From NCBI GenBank assembly GCA_937911325.1, contig CALDSD010000093.1, positions 1-64,000 on the forward strand: DNA of 64,000 nucleotides. The letters are read 5' to 3'. A program made the translations under genes and the position numbers. The notes beneath the pieces were generated by a model that saw nothing but the letters and a program-made list of their open reading frames with translations, ran no database searches and was not told the DNA's origin. Below are positions 50,373 through 60,158 of this stretch, piece by piece (position 1 is the stretch's first letter; every line of letters starts with the position of its first letter). The DNA comes from an uncultured Neomegalonema sp. (GTDB lineage Bacteria > Pseudomonadota > Alphaproteobacteria > Rhodobacterales > Rhodobacteraceae).

Positions 50373-52025
50373 ATGTCAGCGAGCAACAAACAGGTTCTCC
50401 TGGAGATCAAAGACCTCAAGATCGAGGGCTTTACCGGCGAGGAGTGGATCCCGATCATCAAGGGCGTCGACCTGACGCTTCATCGCGGCGAGGTGATGGG
50501 GCTGATCGGCGAGTCCGGCGCCGGGAAGTCCACGATCGGCGCGGCGGCCATGGGGTTCGCCCGCGATGGCACGCGCATCTCGGACGGGACCATCGAGTTC
50601 GATGGAATGGAGCTGACCACCGCTACGGAAGAAGACCGCCGCGCGCTGCGGGGCGCTCGCATCGCCTATGTGGCGCAGTCCGCGGCGGCGTCCTTCAATC
50701 CAGCTCACAAGATCATCGATCAGCACACCGAAGCGCCGCTGCACTATCGCATCCAGAAGCGCCTGGAGGCGCAAGAGGATGCGATGGAGCTCTATGAAAG
50801 GCTCCGTCTGCCGAACCCGCAGGAGATCGGTTTCCGCTATCCGCATCAGGTGTCCGGTGGTCAGCTGCAGCGCGCGATGACTGCGATGGCGATGGCCTGC
50901 CGGCCTGACCTGATCATCTTCGACGAGCCGACGACCGCGCTCGACGTGACGACGCAGATCGAGGTTCTGGCCGCGATCCGCGATATCGTCGATCAGTTCG
51001 ACACCGCTGCGATCTACATCACGCATGACCTCGCTGTGGTCGCCCAGATGGCGGACACGATCAAAGTGCTGCTGAAGGGTGAAGAGGTCGAGGAAGCCCC
51101 AACCAAGGAGATGCTGGATAGTCCGAAGGAGGACTACACCAAGAGCCTCTGGGCGGTTCGCAGCTTGAGGCGAGAGCAAAAGTCGCGACCTCAGGGCGCA
51201 ACACCCGTGGTTTCGGTCCAGAATGTCGACGCGGCTTACACAGGCGGCGTGAAAGTCCTCGATGACGTCTCCTTCGACATCTACGAGGGCATGACGGTCG
51301 CCGTGGTGGGAGAATCCGGATCGGGCAAATCGACGACAGCTCGGTGCATCACCGGCCTGCTTCCACCGAAGAAGGGGCAGATCCTGTTCCGAGGCGAGCC
51401 GCTTCCGCCCAGCTATCTCAAGCGAACCAAGGATCAGCTGCGACAGGCCCAGATGATCTATCAAATGGCTGATACGGCGTTGAATCCCAAGGTTCGCATC
51501 AGCGAGATCATCGGTCGTCCGGCCCAGTTCTATTCGGGCCTTCACGGCGGCGCGCTGAAGCAGCGCGTTGACGAACTGCTGGACCTGATCGAACTGGAGC
51601 CATCCAAATTCTACGACCGCTTCCCGCCGGAACTCTCGGGCGGACAGAAGCAGCGGATCGGGATCGCGCGGGCGCTCGCGGCGGAGCCGACCTTCATCAT
51701 CTGCGACGAGGTGACTTCGGCGCTCGACCAGCTCGTCGCCGAGGGCATTCTAAAGCTGTTGAACCGGCTGCAGAGTGAGCTGAACCTCGCCTACATGTTC
51801 ATTACCCACGATCTCGCAACGGTGCGCTCGATCGCGGACGAGGTGGTGGTGATGCAGCACGGGCGGGTCGTCGAACAGGGGCCAAAAGACGAGATGTTCA
51901 CGCCCCCGCACCATCCCTACACGGATCTGCTGCTCTCGTCGGTGCCGGAAATGGATCCGGAGTGGCTGACATCGCTGCTCGAAGAACGCGGCGTCGACAA
52001 TGTCGGAGAGGCGGCGAACGTCTAG
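50373..52025 (+). CDS. ABC transporter ATP-binding protein with duplicated ATPase domains (DppD/DppF fusion)
   Basis: Two Walker A motifs (GESGAGKST, GESGSGKST) and two LSGGQ signatures. Confidence 0.9.
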   Translation: MSASNKQVLLEIKDLKIEGFTGEEWIPIIKGVDLTLHRGEVMGLIGESGAGKSTIGAAAMGFARDGTRISDGTIEFDGMELTTATEEDRRALRGARIAYVAQSAAASFNPAHKIIDQHTEAPLHYRIQKRLEAQEDAMELYERLRLPNPQEIGFRYPHQVSGGQLQRAMTAMAMACRPDLIIFDEPTTALDVTTQIEVLAAIRDIVDQFDTAAIYITHDLAVVAQMADTIKVLLKGEEVEEAPTKEMLDSPKEDYTKSLWAVRSLRREQKSRPQGATPVVSVQNVDAAYTGGVKVLDDVSFDIYEGMTVAVVGESGSGKSTTARCITGLLPPKKGQILFRGEPLPPSYLKRTKDQLRQAQMIYQMADTALNPKVRISEIIGRPAQFYSGLHGGALKQRVDELLDLIELEPSKFYDRFPPELSGGQKQRIGIARALAAEPTFIICDEVTSALDQLVAEGILKLLNRLQSELNLAYMFITHDLATVRSIADEVVVMQHGRVVEQGPKDEMFTPPHHPYTDLLLSSVPEMDPEWLTSLLEERGVDNVGEAANV

Positions 52026-52607
52026 GGCCTCGCGGCGTTGACGGCTCACGTCGAGAGGGTGGCCTGGCGATCAGCCGGCCATCTTCTCTTCACATATGGT
52101 TTTGTCGGGTAATTCGCCGGGGGTCAGACGATCGTCGACGCAGTCGCGACGAGCGTACCAACAAGAACACCATACAGGATCAAAAGCGCCGGAAGGGTGC
52201 CGGCGCGGGCGCGGTATTCGCGGATCAAAGCGTCTCGTGTCAGCATCTTACCAACCCCTAAATCGAGTTCGGCCAGCGCGAACGCGCGCTGCGAGCGGAC
52301 ACATATGGATTTCGGTGTTTCCGCGCAACCAACTGAATGACGAATTTGCATGCGCTGACAGCATGCCTCCCATGCGTTTTCCGCTTAACGTGGGGCACGG
52401 CCCCATGCACGCGCGCATGCACGGATCTAGGCGCGTGATCGCCCTAGTTGGCGCATTCATAAACAGGCGCCAAGGACAAGTCCACACCAACCAAGGCGGT
52501 TGTTTTCCATCTGCACAAAAAGATGAGTTCTGGCATTCGCGAGAACACCACGACTTTTCATGCTTTCGCGCGGCCCTAGAAACTCTAAATTATCGTTTCA
52601 TATCAAG

Positions 52608-53210
52608 TTAATCTAGCTTACTGCATTTCTCTGAAAAAGCCCTCACCACGTTCAGTATATTTCCCGCGTGTTCTGTTTTAAATTTTATAACTGCACTTGC
52701 ACCAAACTCTTGCAGGCTCGCTCTAATTCCACAATATTGAGATAGTGAGAAGCTGGCGTAGTCATCCTTAAACCTATTGGTTAAGTGTGGTATATATCTC
52801 GAGTATTTAATGTGCCCAATATCGTGCAGACGCGATGGCTGGAACCATCCAGCGTTCTTAAAAAACACAGTCAGATCGGAGTACCTTCCATAGCTCTTCA
52901 ATATTGGCAGTCTTTTTCTGAAATCTATTTTTGAAAAATCGATTGATTTTACTCTAAGTTTCGCAAAGAAACCACGCTCACATTGATGAGCGAGATTCTC
53001 AACACCCCACGATATTCTACAACCATCAATGTGTATATCTTCTCTTGACCCTCTCTCCCCTGCCTTTAATTCACTCGATAGCAGTATTTCTTTAATATCA
53101 TTTTTTATTTTATATTCATTGAAATTATGCGATCTATCAAAATAATCCGAGCATGATGCAGTTAAAGCAAGAAGAGCAAGTACTGATATACCTGTCATAC
53201 AGTATTTCAT
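52608..53210 (-). CDS. AT-rich orphan lipoprotein (hypothetical)
   Basis: 200 aa with a lipobox (LALLALTASC). GC content is far below the window average. It is adjacent to the tRNA-Ala 3' flank. Confidence 0.55.
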   Translation of the reverse strand: MKYCMTGISVLALLALTASCSDYFDRSHNFNEYKIKNDIKEILLSSELKAGERGSREDIHIDGCRISWGVENLAHQCERGFFAKLRVKSIDFSKIDFRKRLPILKSYGRYSDLTVFFKNAGWFQPSRLHDIGHIKYSRYIPHLTNRFKDDYASFSLSQYCGIRASLQEFGASAVIKFKTEHAGNILNVVRAFSEKCSKLD

Positions 53211-53430
53211 TGCCGACTTCGACCCTTAATGAATGCTCAAATTTCTCTCCGCGATACGCATCTTTTGACAACGATCTCGCAGGTTGAGCGAACCATTGGC
53301 GCCTGTTCTTCCATCCCCGGAATCGGGATGAGTCACATTTAGGTGTTCTTGTGTCGGATAACAGGGCTTCCAAAACCGAACCAGAGTTCGCTTTTAGACC
53401 GCTGACGCCCTGAACTGTCAGATGAGCTTC

Positions 53431-53450
53431 GCGCAACCACACGGTTGCGC
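53431..53450. other. 8-bp-stem hairpin immediately 3' of tRNA-Ala
   Basis: GCGCAACC-acac-GGTTGCGC. Confidence 0.4.
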
Positions 53451-53452
53451 TG

Positions 53453-53528
53453 TGGTGGAGCCGAGGGGAATCGAACCCCTGACCTCTACGATGCGAACGT
53501 AGCGCTCTCCCAGCTGAGCTACGGCCCC
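53453..53528 (-). tRNA. tRNA-Ala (anticodon CGC)
   Basis: Reverse complement reads GGGGCCGTAGCTCAGCTGGGAGAGCGCTACGTTCGCATCGTAGAGGTCAGGGGTTCGATTCCCCTCGGCTCCACCA. It has G3:U70, a TTCGCAT anticodon loop and discriminator A. Confidence 0.85.
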
Positions 53529-53653
53529 ACAATCCTACGCGCTTGCTCCTCGCGCAGATCCGGCAGGTACGCATGGCTCTGGGCGTTGTCAAGCGGCGCC
53601 CTTCGACGTATCTCATGCGTCGAAAGCATCGAATAGGCAGAGCGGTCCAAGGC

Positions 53654-53944
53654 ATGAACACGTTGATTTGGCTGGTCGGCGCAGTCGCGCAGATCATCTT
53701 TTATCTGGTGCTGATCCAACTCGTGATCGGGCTTCTTATACAGTTTGACGTGCTCAACCGCCGTCAGCAGTTCGTTTGGCAGATCTACAACGGCATCAAT
53801 CAGCTGCTCGACCCGCTGTTGGCGCCGATCCGCAGGATCTTGCCGCCGGCCGGCGGGATGGACTTCTCGCCGCTTGTCCTGTTGCTCGGGCTCTGGGCGC
53901 TCCAAACACTGCTTGTGAACTGCTTCATCCGAGGCGCTTGCTAA
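53654..53944 (+). CDS. YggT family membrane protein
   Basis: 96 aa from the ATG at 53654; PIRRILPPAGGMDFSPL motif. Confidence 0.7.
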   Translation: MNTLIWLVGAVAQIIFYLVLIQLVIGLLIQFDVLNRRQQFVWQIYNGINQLLDPLLAPIRRILPPAGGMDFSPLVLLLGLWALQTLLVNCFIRGAC

Positions 53945-54088
53945 AGCCCGGTCGTTGCAACCAATCGGCTAAACTGGCAAACAGCCTTTGGGGACGACGG
54001 CGGGCTCCCCTCCAGACCAATGCCTAAGCTTGGTCCAAGCATCGCCAGACGCCGACGGCGCGAGCCGCGGCTCTGAAGGAGTGCTTGG

Positions 54089-54475
54089 ATGTCTGATCGC
54101 ATCGAAACAACTGACGATGAAGTCCTGATAGACGGCGCCGTGGGCGTCCTCGCCCGCGTGGCGGTCGCTGCAACCGACGCGCTGATCGTCGATGTCCGCA
54201 AACGCGCCGCCCGGCGCGAGAGCGGTCGAGTTGTCGCCGGCGCCCCCTATCGCGACCCCGAAGAATTTCAGGTTTATGACGAGATTTGGCGTCGCTCGGG
54301 GTCCGTCCTCGTCTACTGCGTGCACGGGCACGAAGTCAGTCAAGAGATCTGCGCCCAGCTGCGCGCCGCCGGCGTTGATGCAAAGTTCATCGTCGGAGGT
54401 TTTGAGGCCCTGACGCATGCCGGCGCAGCGCTAAGTGACCTTGGAGTTGACCGCGATTTGGGGGAGAACGCGTGA
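54089..54475 (+). CDS. rhodanese-like domain protein (chromate-cluster associated)
   Basis: 128 aa; CVHGHEVS active-site-like loop. It overlaps the chrA start. Confidence 0.6.
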   Translation: MSDRIETTDDEVLIDGAVGVLARVAVAATDALIVDVRKRAARRESGRVVAGAPYRDPEEFQVYDEIWRRSGSVLVYCVHGHEVSQEICAQLRAAGVDAKFIVGGFEALTHAGAALSDLGVDRDLGENA

Positions 54476-55758
54476 TGACCGAGGGGCAAGCTTCGGAGGC
54501 GGAGACCAGTCCGGGGCCAAAGGGCGCAACATCCGATACGTCGTCGATGTGGATCAAGATCGGCCTGCTGTCTTTCGGCGGGCCGGCAGGTCAGATCGCG
54601 CTGATGCAAAACGAGCTCGTCGACCGACGCAAGCTCGTTGACGAGCAGACGTTCCTGAGGGGTTTGAACTTCTCGATGCTGCTGCCCGGACCCGAGGCCC
54701 AGCAACTCGCGACCTGGCTTGGATGGCGGATCGGGGGGCTTTGGGGCGGCCTGTTCGCGGGCCTCGCCTTCGTGCTGCCTGGGGCTGTGCTGATGATCGG
54801 GCTCGCATGGCTCGCCGCCAGCGCCGGCGACACGCAATGGGCGCGCTGGATCTTTGCGGGCGTGCAGCCTGTCGTCGTGGCTATTGTCGCCCAAGCGCTC
54901 TATCGGATCGGAAGAAAGGCGCTGAACGGGCCCGCGGCGATGGCCTTGGCCCTGTCCGCTTTCGTCGCGATCTATTTCCTGAGCGCGCCATTCCCCTTGA
55001 TTGTCGCGCTGGCGGGCGTCATCGGATTGCTCCTGCCGCATGGCCCGGAGCAGACCAAGGTCGATCCGGCGCCGCCGGGGTCGCGCGGCTTTGCGCTGCG
55101 TGTGGTGCTCGCCTTCGCCGTCGTGGTGGCCGCCGTCTACGTCGCCGTCCGAGCGGTTTTTGGCGCCGACCCGTTCGACGGGGTCGCGGAACTGTTCCTG
55201 TCGGCCGCCTTCGTCACTTTCGGCGGCGCGTACGCCGTCCTGCCCTATGTCGCTGATCTCGCCGTCGAGAGTTACGCATGGCTGACAAAGGCGGAGATGA
55301 TCAACGGGTTGGCGCTGGCCGAGTCGACGCCTGGACCGTTGATCCTCGTGAACGTCTACGCCGGGTTCTTCGCCGGATGGGACGGGCCTGGGAGCGACCC
55401 AACGATCGCGATCCTGACAGCGGCGCTGGCGTGCTTTTACACGTTTGCGCCAAGTTTCATGCTGATCCTGGCCGCCGCGCCTTATGTCGAACGCCTGCAG
55501 AATGCGCCAGTGGCTAGACGCGCGCTCGCCGGGGTCTCGGCTGCGGTCGTCGGGGTGATTGCGAACCTGGCCGTCTATTTCGGCGTGGAGGCCTTGGCGC
55601 CCGCCGGAGCCGCCGGACCGCTGGGTCTCGATCTTGTTCGAACGGCCATCGCACTCCTCGCCGCCGGACTAGCTTTTGGCCTGAACGTCTCGATGCAGTA
55701 CCTTGTCGCTCTTGGCGCCGTCACAGGTCTGGCGCTGGGTTACGGAGGCTTGTTGTGA
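54472..55758 (+). CDS. chrA: chromate efflux transporter (CHR family)
   Basis: Duplicated CHR domains (GLLSFGGPAGQIALMQ... and FVTFGGAYAVLPYV...). Confidence 0.9.
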   Translation: MMTEGQASEAETSPGPKGATSDTSSMWIKIGLLSFGGPAGQIALMQNELVDRRKLVDEQTFLRGLNFSMLLPGPEAQQLATWLGWRIGGLWGGLFAGLAFVLPGAVLMIGLAWLAASAGDTQWARWIFAGVQPVVVAIVAQALYRIGRKALNGPAAMALALSAFVAIYFLSAPFPLIVALAGVIGLLLPHGPEQTKVDPAPPGSRGFALRVVLAFAVVVAAVYVAVRAVFGADPFDGVAELFLSAAFVTFGGAYAVLPYVADLAVESYAWLTKAEMINGLALAESTPGPLILVNVYAGFFAGWDGPGSDPTIAILTAALACFYTFAPSFMLILAAAPYVERLQNAPVARRALAGVSAAVVGVIANLAVYFGVEALAPAGAAGPLGLDLVRTAIALLAAGLAFGLNVSMQYLVALGAVTGLALGYGGLL

Positions 55759-56396
55759 GCAATGAAACGGTGCCGAAACTAACGTTCTGGTTCGAGTTCG
55801 CGAGCACCTATACCTACCTGACCCTGCAGCGGATCGAAGACGCGGCGAAGTCGGCGGGTGTCGAGCTTGAATGGCGCCCGATCCTTCTAGGGCCGATTTT
55901 CGGCGCGCAGGGTTGGGACACCTCGCCCTTCAAAATCTACCCCGCGAAAGGCGCGTTCATGTTTCGCGACCTTGAGCGTCGCGCCGCCGCATACGGATTG
56001 CCGTTCAAACGCGAGGGCATTCTTCCAGTAAACTCGGTCATGGCCGCGCGCCTGGCCGTCGCCGCATTGGAGCAGTCGCAAGGCCCGGCCTTCTGCCGGC
56101 GTGTTTCTTTCGCCCATTGGGGCGAGGGACGCGACATCAGCAACGCCGACGTCCTTGAAGACTGCGCCAGAGCCGCAGGCTTCGATCCGCAGGCGCTGAG
56201 CGCGCGCGCGTCGGACCCTGCGGTGAAGCCGCGCTTGCGTCAGAATACGGAAGACGCCCAGTCGCTCGGCGTCTTCGGCGCGCCGAGCTTCACGGCCCGG
56301 GGTGAGCTCTTTTGGGGCGACGATCAGCTTGAGGATGCGCTGGCATGGGCCAGGACCGGCGCAATGTCGCCTCGAAACCGTTCGCAGCCGCGCTGA
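55755..56396 (+). CDS. 2-hydroxychromene-2-carboxylate isomerase family (DsbA-like thioredoxin fold)
   Basis: 213 aa with FWFEFASTYTYL and FGAPSF motifs. It overlaps the chrA stop. Confidence 0.8.
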   Translation: MSNETVPKLTFWFEFASTYTYLTLQRIEDAAKSAGVELEWRPILLGPIFGAQGWDTSPFKIYPAKGAFMFRDLERRAAAYGLPFKREGILPVNSVMAARLAVAALEQSQGPAFCRRVSFAHWGEGRDISNADVLEDCARAAGFDPQALSARASDPAVKPRLRQNTEDAQSLGVFGAPSFTARGELFWGDDQLEDALAWARTGAMSPRNRSQPR

Positions 56397-56569
56397 ACGC
56401 TCCGCAACCCGCAGTTGCGCTGTTTCTGCAACGTTGTCTCGACAATAACTCCACGTGTCGAGGCATGGCGCAATAGTTATCCACAATCATGCTAGATCTG
56501 GTGTCGTTGATCACGGTCGACGCGAAATAACGATATACTCGAAACAACGAGATCGAGGAGAAGCGAGCC

Positions 56570-56797
56570 ATGAACGAGCAGAGAACCGGGGGCGATATGT
56601 CCGGCGCCATGATGGGCGCGGCCGCAGGCAATCTATCCGCCGTTATGACGACGACAGCCGTTTGCATGGCGGTGTTTCCACCGCTCGCCTTCATGTTGGT
56701 TCCAGCCGCCGCTTTGGTGGGCGCCGTACAAGGGGCCGAGGCCGGGTACCGAGACCCCGACGCTGGAAAGCACTATTTCGGCTATCGAGGGCGTTAG
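56570..56797 (+). CDS. small membrane protein (75 aa, hypothetical)
   Basis: GAGGAG RBS; Ala/Gly-rich TM segment. Confidence 0.4.
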   Translation: MNEQRTGGDMSGAMMGAAAGNLSAVMTTTAVCMAVFPPLAFMLVPAAALVGAVQGAEAGYRDPDAGKHYFGYRGR

Positions 56798-56915
56798 CGA
56801 GACGAGAATCGGAAAGCGCCAAAAGAAGAGACCCCCGACGCGAGCGCCGAGGGCCTTCCATCCCGGGATAGATGGTCGGTCCGAGTAGGTGGAGAACCCG
56901 AACCGTCGCAGATGA

Positions 56916-57143
56916 CTATGCGCCGAGCGCGGCGTATTCCTCTGCATTGAGGACGCCGTCGCCATTGGCGTCTGCGGACAAGAAGGCGTCCTCCGTCACG
57001 TCGGGCATAGCCGCCAAAAGCTCCTCGTAAGTGATTGCGAGATCGCTGTTGACGTCGACAACCGCGAAGTCTGGGATCGCTGCGATCGTCGCCGAAGCGA
57101 CGAACATGCCGCCCAGGGCCAGAACGGTGAGTGTCTTCTTCAT
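56916..57143 (-). CDS. secreted EF-hand calcium-binding protein (75 aa)
   Basis: Signal peptide MKKTLTVLALGGMFVASA, then two EF-hand loops (DVNSDLAITYEEL, DANGDGVLNAEEY). GGAGAC RBS at the ATG at 57143. Confidence 0.6.
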   Translation of the reverse strand: MKKTLTVLALGGMFVASATIAAIPDFAVVDVNSDLAITYEELLAAMPDVTEDAFLSADANGDGVLNAEEYAALGA

Positions 57144-57406
57144 TGTCGTCTCCATCTTTTCCATGTTGATGGATGAGACGGCCCGCCTGCGCGGGCCGCC
57201 GAACCGATGACGAACCCACCATCGTGGGGGAGCGGCGGCTCGCACCGGTTCGAGGAGCGAGATCGGCTTCAGGACGGGCGGAAACCGGCGCGGTCGATGG
57301 CGAAAAAAGGGCGGTGACGCTGGCTGTGACGCAAGAACAGCGGCTCTGACGCGGTCCGTGATTCCCGTCACGTGATAGGAATCACAACGCGTTAGACGGA
57401 TTGGGC

Positions 57407-58684
57407 CTAGTCGAAGCGGGTCAGCCCTTCGTCGGAGACGATGTCGGTCGACACCGACTCGCCCGCCAGGCGCTTGTCGCGCATCGCCAGCAAGCGCAAC
57501 CGCAGCGCGTTGATCTTGATGAAGCCGGCGGCGTCTTTCTGATCGTAGGCGCCGGCGTCTTCTTCGAACGTGACATGCTGTTCCGAGTAGAGCGAATGCG
57601 CTGACCACCGGCCCACGGTGCTGACCGAACCTTTGTAGAGTTTGAGCCGCACGGTGCCGGTCACATGCTGCTGGCTCTGGTCGATCAGCGCCTGCAACAT
57701 CTCGCGTTCCGGGCTATACCAATAGCCGAAATAGATCAGCTCGGCGTAGCGGGGCATCAGCTCGTCCTTGAGATGCGCAGCCCCCCGGTCGAGCGTAATC
57801 GACTCGATGCCGCGATGCGCCTCCAGCCAGATCGTGCCGCCTGGCGTCTCGTAGATGCCGCGCGACTTCATGCCGACATAGCGTCCCTCGACGAGGTCGA
57901 GCCGGCCGACGCCGTGTTTGCGGCCGTACTCGTTGAGCGTTTCCAGGATCGTGGCCGGCGACATCGCTTCGCCGTTGATGGCGACGGGATCGCCTTTCTT
58001 GAAATCGATTTCGATAAACTCGGGCTGATCCGGCGCATCTTCCGGGCTCACCGTCCGCTGATAGACGTAGTCCGGCGCTGCCTCGGCCGGGTCTTCCAGC
58101 ACCTTTCCCTCAGAGGAGGTGTGCAGCAGGTTTGCGTCGACGCTGAACGGCGCTTCGCCGCGCTTGTCCTTCGGCACGGGGACCTGATGCTGCTCCGCCC
58201 ATTCGATCAGGCGTGTCCGCGAGGAGAGGTCCCACTCCCGCCATGGCGCAATGACCTTGATGTCCGGCTCCAACGCATAGGCCGCGAGCTCGAAACGAAC
58301 CTGGTCGTTGCCTTTGCCGGTGGCGCCATGCGCAACGGCGTCGGCGCCCGTCGCCCGGGCGATCTCGACCAGGTGTTTCGAGATCAGCGGGCGCGCGATT
58401 GAGGTGCCGAGCAGATATAGCCCCTCGTAGACCGCATTCGCCCGAAACATCGGCGCCACAAAGTCTCGAACGAACTCTTCGCGCAGATCGCGGATGTAGA
58501 TGTTCTCGGGCTTGATGCCGAGCAACTCGGCTTTCTTTCGCGCCGGATCGAGTTCCTCGCCCTGCCCCAGATCAGCCGTGAAAGTTACGACCTCGCAGCC
58601 GTATTCGACTTGCAGCCATTTGAGGATGATCGAGGTGTCCAGACCGCCGGAATAGGCGAGCACGACTTTCTTTGGAGCAGACAT
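57407..58684 (-). CDS. argG: argininosuccinate synthase
   Basis: [11 protein letters not shown]-loop motif and a full-length ArgG. Confidence 0.95.
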   Translation of the reverse strand: MSAPKKVVLAYSGGLDTSIILKWLQVEYGCEVVTFTADLGQGEELDPARKKAELLGIKPENIYIRDLREEFVRDFVAPMFRANAVYEGLYLLGTSIARPLISKHLVEIARATGADAVAHGATGKGNDQVRFELAAYALEPDIKVIAPWREWDLSSRTRLIEWAEQHQVPVPKDKRGEAPFSVDANLLHTSSEGKVLEDPAEAAPDYVYQRTVSPEDAPDQPEFIEIDFKKGDPVAINGEAMSPATILETLNEYGRKHGVGRLDLVEGRYVGMKSRGIYETPGGTIWLEAHRGIESITLDRGAAHLKDELMPRYAELIYFGYWYSPEREMLQALIDQSQQHVTGTVRLKLYKGSVSTVGRWSAHSLYSEQHVTFEEDAGAYDQKDAAGFIKINALRLRLLAMRDKRLAGESVSTDIVSDEGLTRFD

Positions 58685-58823
58685 GGGAAGGCCTTTGCGC
58701 GAAGTGATCGGCGACTTCTAGGAGGAAGGTCGCGCCGCGGCAACCCAAGTCGGAAACGCGACCGTTGACTGACGTGGCGTCGACCTCCCATCTCGCCTCG
58801 AAACAGCGAGTGAGGGACCGCGA

Positions 58824-59360
58824 ATGTATCCGTTTCTGCGCTTCTTTTGGGTGTTGTGGCGCGCCAAACGAAAGCCGGCGATGAGCCCAGATGACGAGTC
58901 GGTGTTGGACCTGACGATCTGGCCGTGGGACTGCGACGTCTTCGCCGAACTCAACAATGGGCGCACGCTGACCCTGTTCGATCTGGGTCGCTTCGACCTC
59001 GGCGCCCGCATCGGTCTTCTCGAGCTGCTGCAGAAGCGAAAATGGACGCTGACGGTCGGCGGATCGAGCCTGCAGTATCGCAAACGGATCACGCCGCTTC
59101 AGCGCGTGAAACTTCGCACGCGGTTCGTCGGTATGGACGACAAGTGGTTGTATCTCACGCAGACTTTCGAGAGAGATGGAACGCCCTGCAGTCAGGGACT
59201 GCTGCGCACGGCGGTCGTCGCGCCTGGAAAGGGGATCGTGCCCACCGCTGAGGTCGCGGCGGCGCTTGGGTGGTCCGATTGGCGGCAAGAGTTGCCCGAC
59301 TGGGTCAAGGCATGGATCGCAGCGGACGCCGAACGCCCCTGGCCGCCAAAGGCGCCCTAG
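58824..59360 (+). CDS. acyl-CoA thioesterase (hotdog, 4HBT_2-like)
   Basis: GAGGGA RBS; a thioesterase-like 178-aa protein. Confidence 0.65.
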   Translation: MYPFLRFFWVLWRAKRKPAMSPDDESVLDLTIWPWDCDVFAELNNGRTLTLFDLGRFDLGARIGLLELLQKRKWTLTVGGSSLQYRKRITPLQRVKLRTRFVGMDDKWLYLTQTFERDGTPCSQGLLRTAVVAPGKGIVPTAEVAAALGWSDWRQELPDWVKAWIAADAERPWPPKAP

Positions 59361-59364
59361 GCGG

Positions 59365-60135
59365 TCAGCCCATCTTCGTCAGATCGAGCGGGACGCCCGC
59401 CGCCAACCACCCGCCATCGACCGGCAGGATAGCGCCCGATACGTAGGCGGCGGCGTCAGACGCCAGCCAGAGGCACGCCTGTCCGATTTCTTCGGCCTGC
59501 CCGTGGCGCCGCAGCGGCACTGATTTTGTGACAGCGGCTTTGGCCTCCTCGCTCGGGGCGAGACGGTCCCTGCCCTCGGTGTTGTCGATCGGGCCTGGCG
59601 AGCTCGCATTCACCCGCACACCAGCGGGCCCCCACTCCAGCGCGAGGCATTTCGTCAGCATATCGACGCCCGCCTTCGCCGCGCAGACATGGGACTGCAT
59701 CGCCATCGCCACCTGGGCCTGCGGCGCCGAGATGTGGATCACTGTCGATCCGGGCTTCTTCAGGTGTGGAAACGCGGCTTTCATCACGTGAAAGCTGCCG
59801 AGCAGGTCGATGTCGACAACGCTTTTGAAACCGTTTGGGCTCATCGCGACCGCAGGCGCAGGGAAGTTGCCAGCTGCGCCCGAGATCAACACGTCGGTCT
59901 CGCCCCAATCCGCCATCGCCTCAGCAGCGGCTTCGGGGTCGCGGACGTCGAGCGCATATCCCTTGGCGCCGGCCCCGAGCGTCGCGACCGCCGCATCGAC
60001 CTTGTCCTGGCTTCGACTGGCCACGCCCACCGTCGCTCCAGCGCGCGCGAAGCACTGCGCCACCCCGAGGTTGATGCCGGAGGTGCCGCCAAACACAAAC
60101 ACCCGCGCGCCGTTGAAATCAAAAGTTGCCCGCAT
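59365..60135 (-). CDS. SDR family oxidoreductase
   Basis: GGTSGINLG Rossmann motif and a catalytic tetrad region. Confidence 0.85.
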   Translation of the reverse strand: MRATFDFNGARVFVFGGTSGINLGVAQCFARAGATVGVASRSQDKVDAAVATLGAGAKGYALDVRDPEAAAEAMADWGETDVLISGAAGNFPAPAVAMSPNGFKSVVDIDLLGSFHVMKAAFPHLKKPGSTVIHISAPQAQVAMAMQSHVCAAKAGVDMLTKCLALEWGPAGVRVNASSPGPIDNTEGRDRLAPSEEAKAAVTKSVPLRRHGQAEEIGQACLWLASDAAAYVSGAILPVDGGWLAAGVPLDLTKMG

Positions 60136-60158
60136 CTCAGCTGTTTCCTCTCATCAGT

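Noticed and set aside
52124-52351. 75-aa minus-strand ORF with a hydrophobic C-terminus next to the ABC ATPase stop
   Set aside because: No RBS, an atypical N-terminal half, and it overlaps the start of the repeat-rich non-coding region. It is left uncalled.
53400-53460. Direct repeat of the tRNA-Ala 3' end that would delimit an integrated island
   Set aside because: No copy of GGTTCGATTCCCCTCGGCTCCACCA or its fragments was found within 52000..53450, so the island boundaries cannot be defined from this window.
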